Positions 15,767 to 29,784 of a DNA stretch of 64,000 nt are shown piece after piece. Source of the stretch: the human T2T-CHM13v2.0 reference genome, Homo sapiens; the NCBI GenBank assembly GCA_009914755.4, contig CP068257.2, positions 33,248,001-33,312,000 on the forward strand. Reading direction: 5' to 3'. Each line of letters opens with the position of its first letter. Position 1 is the stretch's first letter. A program made the translations under genes and the position numbers. The notes beneath the pieces were generated by a model. The model ran no database searches. It worked only from the letters and a program-made list of their open reading frames with translations, and was not told where the DNA came from.

Positions 15767-15842
15767 TAGGTTGGTGCAAAAGTAATTGCAGTGTTTGCAA
15801 TTTTTAACTCCAAAAACTGCAGTTACATTTGCACCAACCTAA
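15767..15842. mobile_element. MADE1, the roughly 80-bp palindromic MITE derived from the Hsmar1 mariner.
   Basis: ttaggttggtgcaaaagtaattgcagtgtttgcaatttttaactccaaaaactgcagttacatttgcaccaacctaa. The two arms are near-perfect reverse complements (25 of 27) and the element is flanked by TA. Confidence 0.85.
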
Positions 15843-18800
15843 TACATTATGTATAACTATATGTAAATTTTCAAATAGTGACACATATACTAAATTTACC
15901 TCATAAAGCCATAGTAGGTCACATAGCACAGTTGGAACAAGACTAACCATAGCAAGATATCAAGGATTTTGAGTAGCTATGCCGTCTCCTGAATACAAGC
16001 ATCTCTTCTTAATTTCTCCCGTTTGAGAAACAGAACATCCTGTGTTTGTAAGTTTATAATCCAACCCATCTTTTACTTGCTCAGACCTCCACTAACAGGC
16101 TGAACAAGGTGCAGACTTTACTTTTAGAAAATAAAACAAAACAAAAAAACACAAAAAAACCCAATTTCTGCTAAAAGTAGATTTCATCTTGCTGACGATT
16201 CTTAAGTAACTTAAACTGTCCCTCTACAGTTCATCTTTGATACCTCCTACTCATCGCTATTATCTTGAGTTTTACTAGCAATGAATTCTAGCACACAAGA
16301 AAAAAAAATCAGAAATGCACCCTTCGTTTACTAATTACAAAATCAACAGACCTCAGAAAGACGGGACATTCACTTCTATGCACTCCCCTCAATTCAGGGG
16401 TGGAATTGGGTTGCATTTTTGTATCTGTGAGTCTCAGCGTGTGTAAACTCATGTCCTCACAGATGCCTGAGGTTTTCTGCTAGCCCAGCTGATCTTGACC
16501 AGGAATTTATTTAATGTAACTGAGTAAGTATGAAGTCTTATCAGGGCTATTGGAGAAAACTGGTAGATAAATGTTTTTATACTCAGGTAATTAAGAAAAT
16601 GAATTTCAAAGTAAAATACTCTGAAAAGCATGACCTAAAGATACTTTGTACAATAGCATCAATTTCTTGGCTATCATTTAGGCCTTCTAGAAACTATTTT
16701 CTTGGTCTAGACATTTACTATTGGCTGTATTTCCTTTGTTTCTATTTTTCAAAGCAGTCATACAACTTCAAATCGAAATGCCCCAAGCTGTATTTATTCT
16801 GATCATTTCTGACATTCTTTACGGTAAAGTCAGTAGTGACATTTATATTACTCATTCCAATTACATCATCATTTTTGGTTGCTGTTTTTGAATTGGTAAC
16901 AGTAAAGCATTCCTTAATCTAGTGTTATCACTCCTTCCTCTGCCTCCTACTTCCCAATTTTTACCTTAATAACTGCTACATAATTTTTTGTAGTATATAT
17001 TTTCAGGCCTCTTTTTCTATATGTAAAAAAGGCTGCCATAGACTCACTTGTATGATATCGAAGTCATGTTTCTCAAGATTCCCATTTTCATGATCTGCTT
17101 AGCCATCACCCTTTCCCTGTGGCCTCCAGATGACTATCTATTGTTTTTATTCATTAGAACTGCTTCAGTCCTTGTGGCACAGAACACGAACTAACTCACT
17201 ATGAGAGATGAACATACTTCCAACCCCAAGACTACACCAGGATAATCTAGTCTCATAGAAGCAGGGAGGCATTTTCCTCTATTTTATCCAACTTACACTG
17301 CCAAACAAGGTCTGGGCCTTTTCTCTCTTTTTAATCCTTTCATTCCAATTGTTGGACATGTTTTCCATACAGGAGATTTTAAAACTCTGCTATTTATTCC
17401 CCAAGCACCCTCTAATTAGCTATTTAGTTCCCATTATAAGTGTGTTTGTTGCCATTTAATTAAGAGCAGTGATACGACAATTCCCTTTTTGTTTTAAAAA
17501 GATATCACGGAAATAAATCTCCCTGATCAGTTATTTGGTTATTGCTACTGTTTTTTTTTTTTCTATTCCCGAAAAATGGGCTTGCTTTATTTTGCTCTTT
17601 TTAGTCTCTCACAACAAATTTTCCCCTTTTTTTCATGATTTTCACTTCCCGTTGTAAAGTTAGCTCACAGTGTTGAAATGCCCTCTTTGAACACATATTT
17701 TTACTTCCTCATCCTCCTCTCCCTGTGGTAACCCAGGCTTCTCTATTGTAACTCAACATTCAGCAGGTATACAGAGACTGCCTCCACTACGTGGGTTTCA
17801 AACTGAATAACTCATTGTTGGGTCTGGATCTGTAAAAAGGTGAAAATAAATAAATCTTCTTTTATAACTACAGGAATGTATTCTGAATTATCTGCCTCCT
17901 ACTGCTGTTCCCCTCACAGTGCTCCAAGCCTGTGCCTCTCTCATCTTTCCAATACTATCCTCATTGGTAATTTGGCAAATTCAGGAGACCTTCGCCAAGT
18001 CGAAACAAACATAGAATAAAATTATCATGGAGGCTAAATAAGAAAAGGCTGTTGATGTTGGAACTTAAGAAGAAAAAAATTAGAAGTTTAACTCCCACTC
18101 CTCTTTTTTTTTAAATGCAGCAGAATCAACCATATTTGGGCACCTACATATCATTCACTTGGCCTTGTATTGATCTCTGAGGGTTTTTTTTTGGTGGAGG
18201 CGGGTGGGTAAAGGGGAACTAGTAAATCCAGGGCAATTCATTAATACTGTATATCGTCCAATTGTTAACAAGCATACTTAAGCCAGGTTTAAAAAGTTTC
18301 TTTTTAATTCAAAACTAACATGCGTGCTAATTTGATACAGGTTTTGTCACTGATGGGCAATATGGAGAGAATGTAAAAATATCTAACTTCAAACAGAAAA
18401 AAGAAACAACTGGAATGAAAAGCTATAAACAATAGGTAAGGAAACACAAACATTTACATTTTAACACAGACCAAACAGGCAAGAAGGGACTTGCTGGCCA
18501 AAGATATCTCATATTTTGTTTTACTTCTCTGTTTTTAAAGTATCAGGAAGTTGGGCCAAATATCAACTCTCTTCTATATTACATGGACCTCCCAATACTG
18601 TTCTTGGCTAGCCTGTTCACGGTCCAAACTGGCATTTTAAACCAATTCTAATTAGGTTGAAATTACAGTTACAATTCATTTACTTCAAATCCGTTAACCT
18701 TCCAGTGTTGCAAAGAAGGCTGTGGAGTGGAACACAGAATTCAGCTGAGATGATATTTAAGGCATAGCTAGGGACTGTGATCTTGCCGACAAAAATATTA

Positions 18801-21568
18801 CTTATTTCCTTTTTATGAAAAGAATATTACCATCAGAATCCAAGACCTCCGAACTTCCCTGCTGAAGGCACGTTTACGTCTTTGGACTCTGGTGTACCAG
18901 GGCCTGAACAAGCTATAACACCATGGTATTACCAAATACATCCTAAGTCATCAAAACAGCTTTTTAGGCTAATTCTGTAAGTACAGCAAAACACACAGCA
19001 AACTTAAGGTTTTCTTAGTAGTAAAAAACATGTATCTCTCATACTGTAAAAAATAAAGGTGTTCCATGGGAGGGAAGGAGTAGGGGGAGAACAGGTTGGG
19101 GCTCAAAATAAGCAAGTAGGGTTATTGTAATCTATTTTAAAGAAAATTCATAATTTTAAATCTCTCTTTAGTTCAGAAGATTGACGTAGAGGATTTACCT
19201 ACAGAACTTCAGGAGATTCCTAAGAAGGCCTTCAGTGATCTTTTCATCAATATCATCAGGCCTTATCATTGTTTCACATTTGCTTCTCTTTACCATAGGG
19301 AATATAATAATTATTTACTGGTTAACTTCCTAGGGAGATTGCCTGCGGCTTATTTAAGATCCAAATTTTAAAGTAATAATTTCTGTTGAAGCTGCTTGTG
19401 AGGTGGTTGGGTGGGCAGATAGAGTGAAGCCAGGGACACACACTAAATGAGCCCGGGATGTAGGCAGGTTTTGATGTTTTGCTTGCTTTTATCCCTAACA
19501 TTTTATCCCTTCACGTTTACTGTCTCACTGAACATTTTGTCTACTCTTCTAGTTATGCAGTGAGCAGGTCTCCTCCAGGAAGAAGCCTCTTTTTATGAGG
19601 ATTGGGGTGGTGACAGACAATAATCAAATGGTCTGATTTCTCTGCTATCCTTTCCTTTCCCCTAAATGTTCTCAGGGGATCTGCTTGAACTTTTTTCAAG
19701 AGCTCTGTATTTGGATTTTTAGTAGCCTATAGATTATCACTCAATAAAACAAATTAATTGTTTTTAAGTGAATTGCCAAAAGTCATTTTAAAAAGGAAAC
19801 TCTATGGTTATTATGGTTTCTGCTAGAAAGAATTCTGACAGCTCATAAAAGCAATATGTATAATTTTTCATTTTTTAGAAGAAAATAAATACTTTCATGT
19901 AATGGCTTGAGACTCTGAATTGCTCCAATTCCTGAAGATTATTTATTAATCATTTAGTCTTTTAATATATTTGAGTGTGGGTTCCCTGGCAGAGGAGGGA
20001 GTTCAGAAGAGACCCTGATTTCCCCCCCAAAAGGAAGCCACAAATCTCTTAGAGCCCTAGTGCATTGGGGCAGCCAGGTTTTAATGGCCTTTGGTGGTTA
20101 TCAGCCCGTCTTGCCTCTGCTCTTTATCTGATAGTGACCCCATGGCCCAACCCTGTTGGGTCCCCTCTCAATGCGGGTGCCCTAAAGAGTCATCGCTGAG
20201 TCCATTTAGGCAAAGGGTTAGAATGATTTAAAAGTAAAATGGTCTCCCAAACCCAAATCTAAGTAAACGGAGGGAGGGAAAAAAGAGTCAAGCAAGCCAC
20301 CACGTTCCTTCGTTCCTTCTCCTCATTTCCACCCCCACTAAAAAACAAAACAAACAAAAAAAACTGCTTTTAGAAAAGTGAGTGGAAAAAGAGGCCAATC
20401 TATAGACACAGCCAACTGCAAATTTCGTTTTGTTTTAGAAATCACAATCTAAGTGTGGAAACTGTATAAAGCTTAAAAATAACCGCAACAATACTTTTTT
20501 AAAAAGTGAATATTCGTCGTTGTAATAAGATCAAGACCCAGCTGAGGCTTGGAACTATAAAAAGCTTATATTAAATTAATCTCCCCTTAAAGGGGACAAT
20601 TATTTAAACTTTTTTTTTAGTAGCTTATCTTTACACTTGGAACCACCTGCCTTGATTCGCCCTTTAAACGAACAGGAAATGACCCGCACTGATTTTACTT
20701 AGTCGCATCTTTTCAAACCCACCAAAGACAAAACAGAATCTCCACTGCAGAAATTAAATTCCTACTGCTTGCTGCTAGTGTAGTAGGGTGATTGTTTAGA
20801 AACGCCTGGGGTTGTTTTCATACCCCTGTTGAAGGTCAAGGTTTTTAAAGGCAGCTCAAAGCTTTGGGGATGATCAGGGGTGAAAAGTGAAGGGAGATCT
20901 TTGGAGCCGCCGCGCTGAAGTCTCCGGCTACGCGCCGCCCCCTCCTCTAGCAGGAAAGCGGGCCGCTGGGACCCCTGGCTCTCCGAAAACAGCCTCGTCA
21001 CCTTTCGCTACCCCTGGCTTAATCTAGGTGAGCTGATGATAGCATTCAGAACGGTTCCGGGAAAAGAAACAGGATTCGATACTTGCGGCTTCTGGCAGGA
21101 GCAGGCTAAAAAGCTCAGAGAACTCTTCAGAAAACTTTTGCAAACTTAACTACGCCCGCTGTGGACTTTGGACATGCTAATTCCTATAGGGCGGTTAGAG
21201 AAGGGGAAAAAAAATCCCTGACAGTTTCCCTAGTTAGTTTCTTTTCACTGACTTGAAGGCAGAAAAGTCTTACTATTTTATTTCCTGATCCTTTCATCTG
21301 AGGAAGACAAAATGGTTTGGGTGTTAATCCAGCGGTAGGGGCAGCAGTAAGTTAGCAGACGGGCTGTCTCTGCCGGGCTGGGTTATAACTTTTCCTACTT
21401 TGTATCAAAGCTAAGGCCCCTGCCAGGGAGGTCCCGACCGGCTCCCAGTGGATATCTTTGGGGACACCCTGATGTTTTCAGCCCTCCTGGGAGGCCGCCC
21501 CAGAAAGCTGAGACGAGTGCCTCCCGAGGGTCGCCACGGCAACACAGCATCCCCCACATCCCAAGCTA

Positions 21569-23550
<1,982 letters not shown>

Positions 23551-23760
23551 TGAGAGTGCCTGGAAATGAACGTGCTTTTACTGTAAGCCCGGCCGGAGGA
23601 ATTCCATTCCCTCAGCTCGTTTGCATAGGGGCGGCCGGCGGCCAATCACAGGCCTTTCCGGTATCAGCCAGGGCGCGGCTCGCCGCCGCCGGCTCCTGGA
23701 ATTGGCCCGCGCGCCCCCGCCGCCGCGCCGCGCGCTACTGTACGCAGCCCGGGCGGGGAG
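23551..23760 (-). promoter_or_regulatory. RUNX1: RUNX1 proximal (P2) core promoter. It is TATA-less and lies in a CpG island. It has CCAAT at 23642-23646 (+ strand, inverted relative to the gene), an ATTGG/CCAAT at 23701-23705 on the gene strand, a GC box gggcgg at 23628-23633 and an ETS-like ttccgg at 23656-23661.
   Basis: These motifs were read directly just upstream of the inferred TSS. No TATAAA is present. This agrees with published descriptions of a TATA-less, CCAAT/GC-box P2 promoter. Confidence 0.55.
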
Positions 23761-26700
23761 TCGGAGGCCACCCCCGCGCCCCGCATCCAAGCCTGCATGC
23801 TGGCCCGGGGCCCCGCCCGCGTGCGGACCCCTTTCCGCAGCCACACGCAGGCTTGTGCGGCTCCGCGAGTGGCCACGGTCCGGAGACCTGGAAAAAGAAA
23901 GCAGGCCCCGCCGGCCCGAGGAGGACCCGGCCGGCGCGCCGCACCCGGAGAGGCCCGGCCCCGCGAGCCGCTGCAGGCAGGCGCAGTGGCCGCCACGAGG
24001 CTCCCGAACCGGGGCTGCAGCCCGCGGACGGCCCCAGATCCTGCGCGGCCGCCCAGGGCCAGGCCTCCGCTTCCAGGGCGGGGGTGCGATTTGGCCGCGG
24101 GGCCCGGGGGAGCCACTCCGCGCTCCTGCACCGTCCGGCTGGCAGCTGCGGCGAAGCGGCGCTGATTCCTTGCATGAGGCCGGACGGCGTCCGCGCGTGC
24201 CGTTTGCTCTCAGCGTCTTCCCTTGGGTCGGTTTCTGTAATGGGTGTTTTTTACCGCTGCGCCCGGGCCGCGGCTCGATCCCTCCGCGCGTCTCACTTGC
24301 TGCGTGCGTCAGCGGCCAGCGAGGAGTTTCCTAGTCAGGAAAGACCCCAAGAACGCGCGGCTGGAAGGAAAGTTGAAAGCAGCCACGCGGCTTGCTCCCG
24401 GGCCTTGTAGCGCCGGCACCCGCAGCAGCCGGACAGCCTGCCCGGGCCCCGCGTCTCCCCTCCGGCTCCCCGGAAGCGGCCCCCGCTCCTCTCCCCGCCC
24501 CCGTGCGCTCGAGCGGCCCCAGGTGCGGAACCCACCCCGGCTTCGCGTGCGGGCGGCCGCTTCCCCCTGCGCCGGTCCCCGCGGTGCTGCGGGCATTTTC
24601 GCGGAGCTCGGAGGGCCCCGCCCCCGGTCCGGCGTGCGCTGCCAACTCCGACCCCGCCCGGCGGGGCTCCCTCCCAGCGGAGGCTGCTCCCGTCACCATG
24701 AGTCCCTCCACGCCCTCCCTGCCGGGCCCTGCACCTCCCGGGGCCTCTCATCCACCCCGGGGCTGCAACCCAGTCCCCGGATCCCGGCCCCGTTCCACCG
24801 CGGGCTGCTTTGTGGTCCCCGCGGAGCCCCTCAATTAAGCTCCCCGGCGCGGGGGTCCCTCGCCGACCTCACGGGGCCCCTGACGCCCGCTCCTCCCTCC
24901 CCCAGGGCTAGGGTGCTGTGGCCGCTGCCGCGCAGGGACTGTCCCCGGGCGTTGCCGCGGGCCCGGACGCAGGAGGGGGCCGGGGTTGGCTGGCGTGGAG
25001 GCCTTTCCCGGGCGGGCCCGGACTGCGCGGAGCTGTCGGGACGCGCCGCGGGCTCTGGCGGACGCCAGGGGGCAGCAGCCGCCCTCCCTGGACGCCGCGC
25101 GCAGTCCCCGGTGCTCCCGGAACGCCCCCGACGGCGCGGGGCTGTGCGGCCCGCCTCGTGGCCTTCGGGTCGCCCGGGAAGAACTAGCGTTCGAGGATAA
25201 AAGACAGGAAGCCGCCCCAGAGCCCACTTGAGCTGGAACGGCCAAGGCGCGTTTCCGAGGTTCCAATATAGAGTCGCAGCCGGCCAGGTGGGGACTCTCG
25301 GACCAGGCCTCCCCGCTGTGCGGCCCGGTCGGGGTCTCTTCCCGAAGCCCCTGTTCCTGGGGCTTGACTCGGGCCGCTCTTGGCTATCTGTGCTTCAGGA
25401 GCCCGGGCTTCCGGGGGGCTAAGGCGGGCGGCCCGCGGCCTCAACCCTCTCCGCCTCCGCTCCCCCTGGGCACTGCCAGCACCCGAGTTCAGTTTTGTTT
25501 TAATGGACCTGGGGTCTCGGAAAGAAAACTTACTACATTTTTCTTTTAAAATGATTTTTTTAAGCCTAATTCCAGTTGTAAATCCCCCCCTCCCCCCGCC
25601 CAAACGTCCACTTTCTAACTCTGTCCCTGAGAAGAGTGCATCGCGCGCGCCCGCCCGCCCGCAGGGGCCGCAGCGCCTTTGCCTGCGGGTTCGGACGCGG
25701 CCCGCTCTAGAGGCAAGTTCTGGGCAAGGGAAACCTTTTCGCCTGGTCTCCAATGCATTTCCCCGAGATCCCACCCAGGGCTCCTGGGGCCACCCCCACG
25801 TGCATCCCCCGGAACCCCCGAGATGCGGGAGGGAGCACGAGGGTGTGGCGGCTCCAAAAGTAGGCTTTTGACTCCAGGGGAAATAGCAGACTCGGGTGAT
25901 TTGCCCCTCGGAAAGGTCCAGGGAGGCTCCTCTGGGTCTCGGGCCGCTTGCCTAAAACCCTAAACCCCGCGACGGGGGCTGCGAGTCGGACTCGGGCTGC
26001 GGTCTCCCAGGAGGGAGTCAAGTTCCTTTATCGAGTAAGGAAAGTTGGTCCCAGCCTTGCATGCACCGAGTTTAGCCGTCAGAGGCAGCGTCGTGGGAGC
26101 TGCTCAGCTAGGAGTTTCAACCGATAAACCCCGAGTTTGAAGCCCGACAAAAAGCTGATAGCAATCACAGCTTTTGCTCCTTGACTCGATGGGATCGCGG
26201 GACATTTGGGTTTCCCCGGAGCGGCGCAGGCTGTTAACTGCGCAGCGCGGTGCCCTCTTGAAAAGAAGAAACAGACCAACCTCTGCCCTTCCTTACTGAG
26301 GATCTAAAATGAATGGAAAGAGGCAGGGGCTCCGGGGAAAGGGAACCCCTTAGTCGGCCGGGCATTTTACGGAGCCTGCACTTTCAAGGACAGCCACAGC
26401 GTGTACGAAGTGAGGAATTCCTTTCCACCAAGAGCGCTCATTTTAGCGACAATACAGAATTCCCCTTCCTTTGCCTAAGGGAGAAAGGAAAGGAAACATT
26501 ACCAGGTTCATTCCCAGTGTTTCCCTGGAGTAATGCTAGAATTTACTTTTGTCATAATGCAAAATTTAAAAAAAAAAAAAAATACAACGAAGCGATACGT
26601 TGGGCGGATGCTACGTGACAGATTTTTCCAAATTTTGTTGCGGGGAGAGGGAGGGAGGAGAATTGAAAACGGCTCACAACAGGAATGAAATGTACATTTC

Positions 26701-27785
26701 TGCAGTGGATTTAAAAAGTACTGCTTGGTTAGTTGGAAGAAAAATAATTTCATTGGAAAACAGTAACAGTGCATTGACGTTTTTCTTCTACAACTTTAGG
26801 TAAAGAACTATAGGTGGTCTCAGAAGATAACTAAATCTTTTACCTTTTTGCTCTTTCAAAAGCCTCCCCAAAATATGCATAAAGATGGGATTAGAATCTC
26901 AACAATTCTCTTAAAATTACCCTTTGCGAGCAATATATTTCCAAAATCACATTTGTAAAAATGCAGTACGTCTAAAAGAATTATTTCTATTTTAAATGAC
27001 CATTTACATTTTAAAAAATAGAATGTATCTTGCTATGGTTTGGAACCAAATAGCTGCAGTTTGTATTGATGTCACAGGGATGGAAAACAATTTTGATGAA
27101 GAGTAACATGTATGTACAAATCACCTGCCATACACACTATCCAGTTTTGAACATTGGAATTTAATTAAACATTTTTTTCTTCTGAAGTGGCTTTGAGATT
27201 ACTTCACTTTTCAAATCTAATTACTATGAGAGGGGGGAGGAGAGCCCTTAGTTCTTCCATTACATCCTTCCTCCATCTGAATGTTTCTGTGGGATGCTAT
27301 GGTTAATGTGTGATGATTTCACTTTCACTTCATAAACCCATTGTGTACCTCACAAGTAGCAAGCTGAGGACATTTTAAAATTAATCTTTTTAAAATTTAG
27401 GAATGCTTAGTAAACATTTTACTCTCATAAAAATCTTGCATTACCACTGCTATAACACAGGTAATAAGCTGGGCTGTGAGGGAAGCCAAGCTCTGTTTTG
27501 TTTTTAGAGAGTTGTATAGAGGCATTTAATAGCATCAGAATGCACCTATGGTAAACGCTGTAGAACTGAGGGTATCATTTAAGCTTTCATTGAAATATTT
27601 TATATGGTATAACATTTACAATATGGAGAACTGCTTTTAAGTATATTGGAATCAGCAGAAACAGCCTTAATTATTTGGTTAAATTATATCACAAGTTATA
27701 CATAGAGATACATAGATATAAAATCATATACACATCTATGAAGGTGTGTACTTTATTTAAAAATATAACTTGGAATTTAACATAC

Positions 27786-27824
27786 CGTGGACGTCTCTAG
27801 AAGGATTCATTCCAAGTATGCATT
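27786..27824 (-). CDS. RUNX1: RUNX1 exon 2, 39 nt, specific to transcripts from the distal P1 promoter. It encodes (E)[11 protein letters not shown](H) of the RUNX1c N-terminus ([37 protein letters not shown]...).
   Basis: The minus strand reads gttatttcag|AATGCATACTTGGAATGAATCCTTCTAGAGACGTCCACG|gtatg. This is an exact match to the RUNX1c cDNA segment, flanked by an AG acceptor and a GT donor. Its final G plus AT at 21954-21953 makes the Asp codon of ...VHDASTS. Confidence 0.9.
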
Positions 27825-29587
27825 CTGAAATAACAGAAAGTAGGAAAATAAAAGTAATGCAAGTTTAAAAATTAACTTTCCCCCGACTTTTTTTTTTTTG
27901 CTAGCTCATTTCTTCTTACACTTTTTAGCACTGGAGATTTTTATAGCTTTGACACAAAAATGACTTGAAATAGTAAATCACCAAATAAGAAATAAACTGT
28001 TCCTTATGCACGTGGTTTTAGGTACCTTCAACCAATGTTCTCCTTCACTAGCTAATACTGAATATCTGTCATAGAATCACCTCTTTTAAGCTCCGTGTGT
28101 GATTAAAATGTGATTTATTTAATGAAGATTTAAAATATATTTGGAAGGTGTAGGAACATTAGAATTCAAGGGAAAATTAAAACCAAACCCTAACTTAACG
28201 CAAAAACATTTATGATCATTTACTTCCAATGATAGGACATTTTAGAAACATTTTCCCCTGCTTACTCTCCTTCCCTTCTCTCTGCTAGGCAGGTAAATTA
28301 TTTACATCGAAACCTCTCACAAGTTCTAATAGATTATATCAATTATTATTAGAAATAATTGTTACATGATAATTCCCAAATATGGATCACTTACTGTATA
28401 CATTTACAACTATAGGTAAACCCATTAAGCAAAGTCACATGAAGCTCTTTTTCTTTCCTTTGAATATCTACATATAATGTTGTGAATTTGAAATTACTCT
28501 ATCAGCCTTGTATATTGATAACAGCACTGAGTCACAAAGAGGAAATACTGTTCTTTAAAGACAGGATTTGAGCATTTCAAATGCTGCAGACCTAAAGCTT
28601 TCAACTCCATGCCACAATATTTAGTATGCTGTTTTTTTTTTTAAAAAAAAAAACTTTAAAATAAGAGGAGACAATTACTTCAGATTTCTAGATGCTGTTT
28701 AAATAGGCAGGAAAACAAGATTTGCAGCTTCTTTAGTCTTATATTTTTGCCAAAGTAAAAGGAACAACTAAAATAAGAGGTTCTGAAGGACTGCTCTATG
28801 ATGAAATATTAAAGGAATTAAATATGTATAGTCTCAAAGGAGCATCCAAAAAAAAACGAGATTGTGGTTCACAAGTAGATAAAATGACTCCATGAAGACT
28901 TTTCTTTTTAAAGAGCAAGGCAGAGAACTAATCATTTGCACTAATTGTGAATGATAAGGTAAGAAATAATAAATGTATCCTGAAGTTACGTCAGCTCAGC
29001 TTTAATAGGTGTTGGGGCAGTGGGGTGGGGGTGTGGAATCCACAACGGTAAGACTGACCAGACAGCACACCCAGCGGAACCACGCACCCTGGAAATTATG
29101 TCTTGAGACCCAGAGAAGCTTTTCCATGTCTGAGTCTAAGAAATTGGAGTAGGAGAGCAAGAAAACACAAGTTCATCTACACACCTAATAGTTCAGCAAT
29201 TCTGAGGAAAATGCCAGGATTTTTTAAACCCAAAAACAAGGGCAAAAATGAGTGGATTTTGAAAACTGTGATTGGTAACTATTAAAAACTTTCTTAGTTT
29301 GTTGTGTATCAGCAGCCTTGAGAACACAGCAAGTGTGGTTAAATTGGGGAGGGGGAAGGGGTAGGGGGTGAGCAACTGCTGCCCAGGTGAAGTAGCACCT
29401 GTGGAGGTTTGAAGTGATTTGCCCATGAAACTGTTAAAGATGCCAGAACCCAAACTGCAAGAGAGGGGAGGTTGCGTGTGTTTAAGACAGTGAACAATGA
29501 ATCTGGTAGCCCATCCTCCAGTGTGCTAGCTTGCATGCTCTCTCTCTGCCTCTCTCTTCCCTACATCCCCCATTGAATGTAATTATA

Positions 29588-29735
29588 TGCCAGGCAATGG
29601 GTGAAGTGCTTTTATATACTTTGCCTGATTTAATCCTCACAAGAACATCATTGCTACCCCCATTTTACAGATAAGGAACCTCACCCTTGGAGAGTTCAGG
29701 TAACTTGCCCAAATTCACATCACTCTTGACCTACA
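29588..29735 (+). mobile_element. MIR SINE fragment.
   Basis: tttaatcctcacaagaacatcattgctacccccattttacagataaggaacctcacccttggagagttcaggtaacttgcccaaattcacatcac matches the MIR core (atttaatcctcacaacaaccc...ccccattttacagatgaggaaactgaggc...gacttgcccaaggtcacaca). Confidence 0.75.
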
Positions 29736-29738
29736 TAG

Positions 29739-29740
<2 letters not shown>

Positions 29741-29781
<41 letters not shown>
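29741..29781. repeat. (AC)n dinucleotide microsatellite, about 20 units, directly 3' of a MIR.
   Basis: acacacacac... continuous from 29741 to 29781. Confidence 0.98.

Positions 29782-29784
<3 letters not shown>

Noticed and set aside
24244-25200. The longest ORF in the track (318 aa, + strand) and about a dozen overlapping 80-290 aa ORFs in all six frames across 23550-25870.
   Set aside because: They are extremely Pro/Arg/Gly/Ala-rich, overlap one another in every frame and sit in a >70% GC CpG island. They are stop-codon-poor GC artefacts. Many begin at non-ATG codons that the track shows as M. There is no plausible protein.
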